A DNA stretch of 64,000 bases from positions 1 to 64,000 of IMG/VR virus record IMGVR_UViG_3300027710_001279. One strand, 5' to 3'. Of the stretch, positions 1 through 8,615 are shown piece after piece (positions within the stretch are counted from its first letter, which is position 1; each line of letters starts with the position of its first letter). The notes under the pieces were generated by a model that worked only from the letters and a program-made list of their open reading frames with translations, was not told the DNA's origin and ran no database searches. The stretch comes from a virus. The position numbers and the translations under genes are program-made.

Positions 1-2
1 TT

Positions 3-323
3 GTACAGATTCTAACAGATACTAAAAACAGCACTATCAAGCAGTATCAGTATATGTTTGAACTAGACGGTATTGATCTGAGTTTTGATCAAGACGCCCT
101 ACGTGAAATAGCAAAGCGAGCTAAAGAACTTAAAACCAATGCTCGTGGACTTAAAAACATCATTGAAAAGATCCTAATGCCTTATCAGTTTGATGCCGTA
201 GATCTTGTCGAGCGCGGTTTGAAGTCAATTCGCATAAGTAAAGATACTATAGATGGCAAACCAGCCATTATGATTTTTGATAAAAAGAAAAATGAGCAAA
301 AACAACAAAGCACCAATGGGTAA
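3..323 (+). CDS. clpX: ATP-dependent Clp protease ATP-binding subunit ClpX, C-terminal part (5' truncated by window edge)
   Basis: Frame open from nt 3: VQILTDTKNSTIKQYQYMFELDGIDLSF..ALREIA..ARGLKNIIEKILM, typical ClpX C-terminal domain. Confidence 0.85.
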   Translation, partial: VQILTDTKNSTIKQYQYMFELDGIDLSFDQDALREIAKRAKELKTNARGLKNIIEKILMPYQFDAVDLVERGLKSIRISKDTIDGKPAIMIFDKKKNEQKQQSTNG

Positions 324-528
324 TAAGGTCATCGTAGGAGACTTGCCATTAAACGTAGCACTGAGAAAATTCAAACAAAAAGTAGATGATTCCGGGATTC
401 TGGAAACATTGAGAGCCAAAATGTTCTACGAAAAGCCAACCACTGAGCGTAAGCGTAAAAAAGGTGCTGCCAAAAGCCGTTGGCAAAAGAAACTTAGAGA
501 CGGCGCTTTACCTAAAAAAATGTATTGA
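292..528 (+). CDS. rpsU: Ribosomal protein bS21
   Basis: ALRKFKQKV..GIL..FYEKPTTERKRKK signature; start could be 277 or 292. Confidence 0.9.
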   Translation: MSKNNKAPMGNKVIVGDLPLNVALRKFKQKVDDSGILETLRAKMFYEKPTTERKRKKGAAKSRWQKKLRDGALPKKMY

Positions 529-553
529 CAAATACCATAAAATGTGTTATACT
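525..553 (+). promoter_or_regulatory. sigma70-type promoter
   Basis: TTGACA-N17-TATACT; ATG 560 lies 6 nt after the -10 box (leaderless). Confidence 0.75.
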
Positions 554-559
554 TAATGT

Positions 560-1090
560 ATGACAAAACATCTTATGATCGATATGGAGACCATGGCAGT
601 CTCCCCAAATGCTGTAGTCCTTTCACTGGGCGCAGTCCACTTCAACCCGTATGGTAATGGATATGGTGACAAGATCTACTTTAAAATTGACCTTGATGAC
701 CAAGACAAGTTAGGACGTGAAATTGACCCTAACACACTCGAGTGGTGGAGTCGGCAAGATCCTGCTATAATGGAGGAAGCCTTTAGTGAAGAAGGCCGTA
801 TTTCACTTGTTGAAGCTATGGATATCTTCCATAAGTTTGCTTGGGGATGTTCAGCATTCTGGAGTCACGGTGCAACCTTTGACTTAGTAATCATTGAAAA
901 CATTTATCGTCAATTAGGAAAACCTCTACCTTGGCAATACTGGCAGTTACGTGATACACGCACCCTGTTTGATCTAGGTTATGATCCAGACATGCCACAA
1001 GGTAGTAAACACGATGCTTTGCAGGATGCTATCCGGCAGGCCGTAGGCGTACAAAACATCTACGCAAAAATGAAAATTAGACCACGATAA
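560..1090 (+). CDS. DEDDh 3'-5' exonuclease (RNase AS / exonuclease VIII-like phage family)
   Basis: MIDMET, FD, RDTRT, HDALQDA motifs. Confidence 0.85.
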   Translation: MTKHLMIDMETMAVSPNAVVLSLGAVHFNPYGNGYGDKIYFKIDLDDQDKLGREIDPNTLEWWSRQDPAIMEEAFSEEGRISLVEAMDIFHKFAWGCSAFWSHGATFDLVIIENIYRQLGKPLPWQYWQLRDTRTLFDLGYDPDMPQGSKHDALQDAIRQAVGVQNIYAKMKIRPR

Positions 1091-1104
1091 TGTTCATGGT
1101 TACC

Positions 1105-1179
1105 CTATTCCTGAAATAGGAAAATACAATGGAAGACTCATGGTTTTCCATTGATTTGTGCATTAAATAAGTGTACAAT
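1105..1179 (+). promoter_or_regulatory. Putative OxyR/LysR-like site plus promoter of ahpC
   Basis: CTAT-N7-ATAG-N7-CAAT (1105-1130); TTGATT-N17-TACAAT (1151-1179) with TAAATA in the spacer. Confidence 0.4.
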
Positions 1180-1213
1180 AAACATTGTTTCATTCACACA
1201 CAAAGGAGATAAT

Positions 1214-1765
1214 ATGAAAACAGTTGGTGATAAATTAGAAAAATTTGCCGTAACAGGCGTGAACCCAGGTAAAGATGATTTCTTTACTATTACAGATGAG
1301 TCATTTGCAGGCAAGTGGAAAGTAATCGTTTACTACCCAAAGGACTTTACGTTTGTTTGCCCAACAGAAATCGTAGCCTACGATAAACTGTTCCAAGACT
1401 TTGCTGACCGTGATGCAGTATTGCTAACTGGATCTACAGACAACGAGTTCTGTAAACTAGCATGGCAACGTAGTCATGAAGACTTGAGCAAGATCAAACA
1501 TATTCAGTTTGCTGACACACAACGTTATGATCCAAAAACTTGTGACGACTTGAGTTTGATTGAACAACTTGGTGTGTTCTATGCTCCAGCTGGCGCCGCA
1601 CTTCGCGCCACATTCATCGTTGATCCACAGAACGAAATCCAACACGTTACAGTCAACAACTTGAACGTTGGTCGTAACCCAGAAGAAACACTTCGCGTAT
1701 TGGATGCGCTACAAACTGGTGAACTATGTGCTTGTAACCGCACAGTTGGCGGCGAGACTCTGTAA
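1214..1765 (+). CDS. ahpC: Peroxiredoxin AhpC
   Basis: YYPKDFTFVCPTE, GRNPEETLRVLDALQTGELC; SD AAGGAG before ATG 1214. Confidence 0.93.
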   Translation: MKTVGDKLEKFAVTGVNPGKDDFFTITDESFAGKWKVIVYYPKDFTFVCPTEIVAYDKLFQDFADRDAVLLTGSTDNEFCKLAWQRSHEDLSKIKHIQFADTQRYDPKTCDDLSLIEQLGVFYAPAGAALRATFIVDPQNEIQHVTVNNLNVGRNPEETLRVLDALQTGELCACNRTVGGETL

Positions 1766-2388
1766 TGTTAGAAACTATATGCGACACGTTAGTTGAAGCA
1801 TATAGACGCAACTGGATTACCAGTCGTGATGGCAATGTAAGTATTCGTCATCACGACCGTGATCATTTTTATATCACACCCAGTGGCGTCCGTAAGCAGA
1901 CAATGCAGCCTGATCAATTTAAGAAGATCAAGATTGTCAGCAATCTAATATGGCGGGAAGAACCTTATTCTGATATAAGTGCTAACCTAAAGCCCAGTGG
2001 AGAAATTCCATTACACTTCGGTTTACAAAGAGCAATGGGACAACATAGTAATGATGTTCGAGTAGTAGTTCATTTGCACCCCACTTATTGTGTAGCGGCT
2101 ATGCATGCCGGCATTGACCTAAGCACCATTGTTAATGACTTCCCGGAACTTAGTAGATACACCAAGGTAGCACCTAACGTAGGTGATGTGCCGCCTATCA
2201 GTCAAGAACTTGCTGACCGTTGTCACGAAAATTTGTGGCTACGAAAAGACGGTACCATTGGGTTTGATATTGTTGGTATTAAAGGTCATGGCGTGGTTGC
2301 TATAGATACTAGCCCATGGAGGGCATTTGAACACATTGAACGATTAGAACATATTTGTCAAATCGTATTAGCGTCGGGAAAATATTGA
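1765..2388 (+). CDS. Class II aldolase/adducin family protein
   Basis: DGNVS, ITPSG, PSGE..H, VVHLHP, GHGV motifs. Confidence 0.85.
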   Translation: MLETICDTLVEAYRRNWITSRDGNVSIRHHDRDHFYITPSGVRKQTMQPDQFKKIKIVSNLIWREEPYSDISANLKPSGEIPLHFGLQRAMGQHSNDVRVVVHLHPTYCVAAMHAGIDLSTIVNDFPELSRYTKVAPNVGDVPPISQELADRCHENLWLRKDGTIGFDIVGIKGHGVVAIDTSPWRAFEHIERLEHICQIVLASGKY

Positions 2389-2389
2389 C

Positions 2390-3022
2390 ATGAGTTATAT
2401 TGTAGGTTCGTTGCCGCCAATTAAATGTTTTGTTAAACGAGAATTTCTCTATAACTTTGAAAAAGGTCATGGAGAATTAGAACCTGCAATATGGGTCAGT
2501 CTTAAAGCACTAAGGGGACAGGTGTTTCGTATTGAAAGCCTGTTGCCTAACTACGGTGCCCTCTATGACAAGCTACCTATTCATGCCTACGTTTGGCAAG
2601 AAAATCATACAGGAAATCTACCCGTAGATATTTTACAGCTTTGGGACTGTATGGGCTATCGCTTTACTATTATTGAAAAAATAGGTCTGCGTAATCTAGG
2701 TGTTAAGTTTCTGGGCAAGGATAAAGAATGGCATCACGGAACTTATTTGTTTACCGTGGACTTTTGTGCAGACGGTATGGATGTGGACACAGGGTTCACT
2801 GAAGTTGCCGAAGAACATAAATCGTTTAATTTTATTCGACTAGAAAACGGACAGTTTGCCTGCCAACCTAACAACCGTTGCTTGTGGTATGATCAAAGTT
2901 TAATTTCTGGTAATGTTAAATTTCCAGACTTCAAAGCCGCACAGACTATATTTACAGTAGATGGAACACGCAAGTGGAGTGCAGGAGATGATTGGTTTTA
3001 TAATATAGAGGAAAGAAAATGA
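2390..3022 (+). CDS. Hypothetical phage protein
   Basis: 210-aa ORF coupled to its neighbours; no motif recognised. Confidence 0.75.
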   Translation: MSYIVGSLPPIKCFVKREFLYNFEKGHGELEPAIWVSLKALRGQVFRIESLLPNYGALYDKLPIHAYVWQENHTGNLPVDILQLWDCMGYRFTIIEKIGLRNLGVKFLGKDKEWHHGTYLFTVDFCADGMDVDTGFTEVAEEHKSFNFIRLENGQFACQPNNRCLWYDQSLISGNVKFPDFKAAQTIFTVDGTRKWSAGDDWFYNIEERK

Positions 3023-3525
3023 GTTTTATTGAAACAGTAAAAGGTGCTTTGCCAGATTACGCAAAGGACACAAAGTTAAACTTGGACGCAGTTCTGGTTC
3101 GCAGTACACTAGATGCAGATGTTGCCATGGGCTGTGCCGTAGCCGCATTGGCTGCAACAGGCAACGGAAAAGTCCTAGCAGTGATGTTAGCAGACAATCC
3201 AACGTTTGCAGAGTCAGCAATGACCGCCGCAAGTATTATGGCGCAGAACAACGTTTGGTATCCGTATGTTGAAATGGCCGACGATCCTAGTCTAAAAGGA
3301 TTACCAGCTGGCTTACGTATGAACGCTATTGCGAGTCATGGTGGAACTACCAAGTCAAACTTCGAAGCATTTAGTTTGGCTGCAAGTATTGTTGGCAAAT
3401 GTCACTTCTGTGTTAAAGCACATTATGAAACACTCAAGACAGAAGGTTACACAGTGGAACAACTTCGTGACATTGGCCGTATTGCCAGTGTAATGAACTC
3501 TGTGGCCAAAGTTTTGAATAGTTAA
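3019..3525 (+). CDS. ahpD: Alkylhydroperoxidase AhpD (CMD family)
   Basis: LPDYAKDTKLNL, MAQNNVWY, GKCHFCVKAH CxxC motif. Confidence 0.9.
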   Translation: MSFIETVKGALPDYAKDTKLNLDAVLVRSTLDADVAMGCAVAALAATGNGKVLAVMLADNPTFAESAMTAASIMAQNNVWYPYVEMADDPSLKGLPAGLRMNAIASHGGTTKSNFEAFSLAASIVGKCHFCVKAHYETLKTEGYTVEQLRDIGRIASVMNSVAKVLNS

Positions 3526-4490
3526 TTTTTCCAACCTACTTCATCTATAATTGGTATCCATTGTTTACGTAGTGCCATCATACTGGCTTTAAACCCCACA
3601 GGAGTTTGTTCTTTTATTTCGGCAAACATTAAATTGTCTTTAATAAATTGACGTCCTTCAGAGCTATTAATAGCATTACGGAACATGGTAACATACCAGT
3701 CAATGACATCTTGGTTTGTGCCTTTGGGGAATATAATACCCCAGGCAGCATAGACATTCATCCCCGGAACATAGTCCTTCATTAATGGAACGTCTTTTAA
3801 ACCTTCGAGTTTGTATTCACTGGTTAACCCAATAATTTTTACCTTACCAGATTTTACCAAGACATTAGCAACCGCAACAGGAATGATCCCGAACTCTGTG
3901 TGCCCACCTGCTACATCCTGACCTGCCTGTGCTGGCCCTTTATATGGGATAGTTTTAATTAGTTCTCGATTACCCTTGATATGATACATCATGTATTCGT
4001 AGGCCATTTTATGCGAACTACTTCCAGTAGCAATACTAATAGGGTCTCGGGTGTTCCTCATACGTTCCATAAATTCTTTTGGAGTCGTAGTTGGACTTTT
4101 TTCAGAGGCTATAATAGCTAATGGGCTCTTTGCTAAAGTTAATCCATATTCAAAATCATCTAATGTATATTTTTTATTTTCTGGATTTACATAATCCGCA
4201 GTTACCCAAATACCTTGGTGGCTAGCTACATAGATATGATGCCCATCGTTAGGTAGCTTTATAAAGTGATTCATACCTATAATGCCATCGCCCCCTGGCT
4301 TATTTTCTACAATAAAATTTATTTTAGGATTTGTTTTTTCAATAATACTACTAAACCCTCTAAAACTTAGTTCGTTTCCGCTACCTGGTGCAAACCCGAT
4401 AACTGTTGTTACTGTTTTGCTTGGCTCCCAAGCATTGGCTGCTGTTGCAATGAACATTGCAATAATTATTTTAATGATGTTCTTACTCAC
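3522..4490 (-). CDS. Tripartite tricarboxylate transporter substrate-binding protein (Bug/TctC family)
   Basis: Signal peptide, GFAPGSG, VENKPGGDG, IPYKGPAQAGQDVAGG. Confidence 0.88.
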   Translation of the reverse strand: MSKNIIKIIIAMFIATAANAWEPSKTVTTVIGFAPGSGNELSFRGFSSIIEKTNPKINFIVENKPGGDGIIGMNHFIKLPNDGHHIYVASHQGIWVTADYVNPENKKYTLDDFEYGLTLAKSPLAIIASEKSPTTTPKEFMERMRNTRDPISIATGSSSHKMAYEYMMYHIKGNRELIKTIPYKGPAQAGQDVAGGHTEFGIIPVAVANVLVKSGKVKIIGLTSEYKLEGLKDVPLMKDYVPGMNVYAAWGIIFPKGTNQDVIDWYVTMFRNAINSSEGRQFIKDNLMFAEIKEQTPVGFKASMMALRKQWIPIIDEVGWKN

Positions 4491-4540
4491 GATGTTTCCT
4501 GTTGTTATTACTTTGCAGTAAATAGATATTTAATAAACAT

Positions 4541-5080
4541 ATGACAGTCGATCAAAATTATCTCAATCAATACTTTGGAAACATCTGGCACAAGAACAGC
4601 GACCCTTGTAGGAAGAATACAAAATCAGGACTACAACTTATTGACAAAATAGGCAACTATGAAACTGTCTTAGACGTAGGCTGCGGGACAAATCCTTTCA
4701 AAGGAGTTATATCAAATCTTACGGGCATAGATCCGGCCTTTGATCAAGCAGATGTAAAATGTGGCATAGACGAATTTGTCACTGACAAAAAGTTTGATGT
4801 GGCGCTGTGCCTGGGCAGTATCAACTTTGGTGATGTTGTAGACATAGAAAGACAGATAGCAAAAGTTGTCAGCTTACTAGAACCACATGGAAGAATTTAT
4901 TGGCGTTGTAATCCTGGACAAAAGGACCACCCTGATCCAGGGTGTGAGCATATTGAATTCTACCCTTGGAGCATTGAGGAACATGTTCGTTTAAGTATCA
5001 AGTTTGGATTTAGACTTGTTGAGTGTTGCTGGGAACAGAACGGACGACGAATCTATGCCGAGTGGTCTAGGATTATTTAA
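4541..5080 (+). CDS. Class I SAM-dependent methyltransferase
   Basis: VLDVGCG motif I, FDVALCLGS. Confidence 0.8.
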   Translation: MTVDQNYLNQYFGNIWHKNSDPCRKNTKSGLQLIDKIGNYETVLDVGCGTNPFKGVISNLTGIDPAFDQADVKCGIDEFVTDKKFDVALCLGSINFGDVVDIERQIAKVVSLLEPHGRIYWRCNPGQKDHPDPGCEHIEFYPWSIEEHVRLSIKFGFRLVECCWEQNGRRIYAEWSRII

Positions 5081-5492
5081 ACCATCCTATCTTCTTACCT
5101 GCTGCCTTACGCTCATCATACTCTTCAGGGGTACTTGGGAAACGTAATGCCCATACAGCGCAGAGTGCCATTCCTAGGCCAACACCTAATACTAGTTTCC
5201 AGTTTTGCGTAGTAAACCAAAGAATGATAAGACTAATGTCCATTGTAATGACCATAGCCCATTTGCCATAAGTAGGGAATACTCGTTTCTCTGACCAGTT
5301 ACGTAAGAAAGGTCCAAACAGTTTATGATTCATAATCCAGTTATGCCAACGTTCTGAACTTTTGGCAAAACAATAGGCCGCACCAACAGTTGGTGTGCTC
5401 CAAGGTATACCAGGAGTAACTACTCCAATGTAAGCAATGCCTAGGCAAATAAATCCCAAGGTCATCCATAACGCTTTTTTAATCTTATTCAT
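5073..5492 (-). CDS. YbaN/DUF454 family inner-membrane protein
   Basis: LGFICLGIAYIGVVTPGIP..AAYCFAKSSERWHNW..HKLFGPFL. Confidence 0.85.
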   Translation of the reverse strand: MNKIKKALWMTLGFICLGIAYIGVVTPGIPWSTPTVGAAYCFAKSSERWHNWIMNHKLFGPFLRNWSEKRVFPTYGKWAMVITMDISLIILWFTTQNWKLVLGVGLGMALCAVWALRFPSTPEEYDERKAAGKKIGWFK

Positions 5493-5565
5493 AAGGGTTC
5501 CTTTCTTGTATTTACTAAGTATTTGACACACACAGAAAAAACAAGTCTTAACTTAAGGAGAAAAG

Positions 5566-6606
5566 ATGGACTTCATCACAAACGTTCTGTTAAAGAACAT
5601 ATCATACTTATGGATGATATTCTTCATTATGATCACTGCCGGACTAGCAAAAGAGTATCAACTCTTCGCCCCGGCATTTGCCTATGTAAGAAACACATTC
5701 CGTAGCAACAAGTTTGTAGTAGTTCTCCTAAGTGCAATTGGCGGAGTATTGCCAATTGAAGGTCGAGTCACTGTATCGGCAGGTTTGCTTGATACAGTTG
5801 CACCTAAGTGCGGACACGGTCGTGAGAAGATGGGTATTGTTGATTACTTGAGTACACACCACTATTACTTGTGGTCACCTCTTGAGAAAACAGTTATCCT
5901 ACCTATTGCGGCTTTTGGTCTAACCTACGGTGCATGGCTTGGCCTAGTTGCGCCTTTATTGATTGTTACTTTTGCGTTTATTACTTGGTACATCTGGAGC
6001 CAAGTACATAACGAAGAAATAGTGATCACCCCAGGAAACTTTAAACTATCATCGGTATTACGAAATGTATTGCCTATGTTTGTAGCAATTGGCCTTTACA
6101 TTTACAATGATAAGTGGATGGTCGGTTGTTTTGGTTTCCTAACCCTGTATTACATCATCATTAGTCAACAGTGGAACATTAAGAAATTATTGAGCTACGT
6201 TCGATGGGATGTATTAGCGTGGGTTGGCGCAGTTATTATGCTAGGAAACTACATGAAAACTTATGATGCCGCTTGGCAAACTATGTTAAAGACAAGTGTG
6301 CTTGATCCGCATACTTTTGTTGGCATGGTAATCATCAGCCTCATCGGCCTTGTGGCCAGCTTCTTTATGGGTAGTAGTGGAAAATTTATTGCAATTGCTG
6401 TATTAATGGCTCAAGTCTTTGGACAAGAGTATTTCTTATGGTTCTTTGCTATTGACTTTGCTGGCTACTTATTAAGTCCGACTCACAAATGTGTGGTGAT
6501 CGGTAACCGTTATTTTGGAACACCGTTTAGTACCTACTATAAAGCATTAGGTGCCTGGGGTGGATTAATGCTGATAACGGCAGGTGTATTAACCTTTTTG
6601 GTTTAA
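5566..6606 (+). CDS. Multi-pass membrane protein, putative ion/carboxylate transporter
   Basis: About 10 hydrophobic segments; GYLLSPTHKC motif; SD AAGGAG. Confidence 0.65.
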   Translation: MDFITNVLLKNISYLWMIFFIMITAGLAKEYQLFAPAFAYVRNTFRSNKFVVVLLSAIGGVLPIEGRVTVSAGLLDTVAPKCGHGREKMGIVDYLSTHHYYLWSPLEKTVILPIAAFGLTYGAWLGLVAPLLIVTFAFITWYIWSQVHNEEIVITPGNFKLSSVLRNVLPMFVAIGLYIYNDKWMVGCFGFLTLYYIIISQQWNIKKLLSYVRWDVLAWVGAVIMLGNYMKTYDAAWQTMLKTSVLDPHTFVGMVIISLIGLVASFFMGSSGKFIAIAVLMAQVFGQEYFLWFFAIDFAGYLLSPTHKCVVIGNRYFGTPFSTYYKALGAWGGLMLITAGVLTFLV

Positions 6607-6612
6607 TACCAC

Positions 6613-6641
6613 TTGACAAACTGACCTTTCTAGTGTATAAT
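6613..6641 (+). promoter_or_regulatory. sigma70-type promoter
   Basis: TTGACA-N17-TATAAT. Confidence 0.85.
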
Positions 6642-6667
6642 AACACATACACTCAGAAAGGTTTCTT

Positions 6668-6925
6668 ATGAAACACTCAAAATTGGATCGACGTCATACT
6701 GGTTATTCCAATTTTAAATATGCGGCCCAATTCTTTTCTAAAGAAAAAGATAAATTTTGTGCTATTAGAGAATGGGCTTGGGAGCAATGGGGACCTAGCT
6801 GTGAAATGGAATTTTGGGACTCAACTAGAAATCCTAAATGGTGTTGGATAGTTGATCAATATAAAATTAAAATTTTCTTTGCCACTGATGCAGAATATCA
6901 ATGGTTTTTACTAAAATGGACATGA
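6668..6925 (+). CDS. Hypothetical phage protein
   Basis: ORF downstream of promoter; Trp-rich. Confidence 0.7.
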   Translation: MKHSKLDRRHTGYSNFKYAAQFFSKEKDKFCAIREWAWEQWGPSCEMEFWDSTRNPKWCWIVDQYKIKIFFATDAEYQWFLLKWT

Positions 6926-6926
6926 C

Positions 6927-7739
6927 ATGATAATTCACCTTGTTAGTGATTTACACTTAGAATTTGCCTACCAGGAATTGCCCGGTGGTGATGTTCTCAT
7001 CTTGGCTGGAGATATCTGTGAAGCAAAAACACTCCGTAAAGAATTTCACCAAACTAAAGTTGTAGATCGTGTTCCTGGTGCTTTCAAAGCCTACGACTTT
7101 TTCTACAGCGAATGTGCCAAATACAAGAAAGTGTTTTATGTTATGGGAAACCATGAACATTATCACGGTCGCTTTGACAAGACCTACAACGAACTTAAAA
7201 GTATGATGCCTGAAAATGTTACCTTGCTTGAAAAAGAATGTTTTGAGTATGAAGGCGTAGTGTTCTTAGGTGCTACATTATGGACTGACATGAATAAGGG
7301 TGATCCTATCACGGTCTATACTATGAAAGGTTTTATGAATGACTATAAGGTTGTTCAGAATTTTTATGCTGACAAAGGATTATACCACAAGTTAACTCCT
7401 GAACATACTGTTACAGAACATCGTAAGACTAAGCAGTATTTCAAAACAATTCTTGAAATGAACCGTGATAAACCAGTAGTAGTTATTACCCACATGAGTC
7501 CTAGTTTCCAAAGCACCCACGAAAAGTACAGATACGAAACTGTTACCAATGGTGGCTACTCTAGTGACTTAGATGACTTCATCCTAGATCACAATAACAT
7601 TAAAGTATGGGTTCATGGTCATATGCATGATCCCGTTGATTACAAGATTGGTGATACTCGAGTCATTGCAAACCCAAGAGGCTATATGCCTTGGGAAGAT
7701 GGCAACGGTTTTGAACCCGGTCTATACTTTGAGGTATAA
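6927..7739 (+). CDS. Calcineurin-like metallophosphoesterase
   Basis: SDLH, AGDI, GNHE, HGHMH motifs. Confidence 0.9.
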   Translation: MIIHLVSDLHLEFAYQELPGGDVLILAGDICEAKTLRKEFHQTKVVDRVPGAFKAYDFFYSECAKYKKVFYVMGNHEHYHGRFDKTYNELKSMMPENVTLLEKECFEYEGVVFLGATLWTDMNKGDPITVYTMKGFMNDYKVVQNFYADKGLYHKLTPEHTVTEHRKTKQYFKTILEMNRDKPVVVITHMSPSFQSTHEKYRYETVTNGGYSSDLDDFILDHNNIKVWVHGHMHDPVDYKIGDTRVIANPRGYMPWEDGNGFEPGLYFEV

Positions 7740-7741
7740 CT

Positions 7742-7984
7742 ATGTCTAGTCTGGCAGAATACTTTGAAGCTAATCGTCCTAAACCCAAATACAAGTTTGG
7801 GGATAGGGTCGATGGTATGTATATGAAGATACCCTATGTTGGTACAGTCTATACAGATAATATGCGTAATGAGTTAGAAGGCCCTATGGTTAGTATTCAT
7901 TTGGACCTGCCAATGAAAATTGGTAAAGTGTGGCATGAATACATTCGTGTAAAATATAAAGACATTAAAGGACTAAGAAAATGA
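7742..7984 (+). CDS. Hypothetical phage protein
   Basis: ORF with GAGG SD, coupled to next gene. Confidence 0.7.
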   Translation: MSSLAEYFEANRPKPKYKFGDRVDGMYMKIPYVGTVYTDNMRNELEGPMVSIHLDLPMKIGKVWHEYIRVKYKDIKGLRK

Positions 7985-8232
7985 GTTCAACCGTACGTAT
8001 ACCTTGGAATCGAAATTACGAGAACGAACGCAACTGGAATGAAGTCTGTGCTAGAGCTATAGAAATGTTTGGACTGCCGGGCAACAGATTTACCACTCAT
8101 GCCAATATTCACTATATGGACTTTATTTTTAAAAGTAATAAAGATGCACTAATGTTTGCCATAGAACATAATGGCATTATTGTTCCAGACGAAGACCTAA
8201 CTGTAGAAGCTGTAGGAAGATACATGCAGTGA
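7981..8232 (+). CDS. Hypothetical phage protein
   Basis: ATGA overlap with the previous gene. Confidence 0.7.
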   Translation: MSSTVRIPWNRNYENERNWNEVCARAIEMFGLPGNRFTTHANIHYMDFIFKSNKDALMFAIEHNGIIVPDEDLTVEAVGRYMQ

Positions 8233-8525
8233 GAAAGCGTGAGGATGAAAGTTACGAAGCATGGTGCAAGCGTGTCGAAATGTATGAACACGGCTGTGCT
8301 TTGCAACGGATTGCAGAAGGTGATTCTATTGATCAAGTTTTAGATGACATGAGTCGTAAAATCATGCAAAAACTTCTACATCCTCTCTATGACGAAATCC
8401 GTAAATCATCAAATACTACATATGATGCAGAAGCTGGGAAAAAAGAGTATGCGGAAAAATATCTAAAACATAACACTCCTGTAGCAGATCACGTTGAAGG
8501 TCAATTATTTGACAAACGCGAATAA
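8229..8525 (+). CDS. Small protein resembling the glutamyl-tRNA reductase (HemA) dimerisation domain
   Basis: ALQRIAEGDSIDQVLDDMSRKIMQKLLHP resembles the HemA C-terminal pattern AL..L..G.D...VL..LS..LTNKLLH.P. Confidence 0.55.
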   Translation: MRKREDESYEAWCKRVEMYEHGCALQRIAEGDSIDQVLDDMSRKIMQKLLHPLYDEIRKSSNTTYDAEAGKKEYAEKYLKHNTPVADHVEGQLFDKRE

Positions 8526-8610
8526 TTCGTGTATAAATATAGCTGTAGTGAATACTTTTAAGATTTACTACCGGACATAGGGTCCAAACTATTCTTACTT
8601 ACCAAGGAGA
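8509..8610 (+). promoter_or_regulatory. Promoter and structured 5' UTR of dnaK (RNA-thermometer-like)
   Basis: TTGACA-N17-TATAAA(TA); two hairpins, then TTCTTACTT pairing with SD AAGGAGA; same design upstream of hsp20. Confidence 0.6.
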
Positions 8611-8615
8611 TAAAA

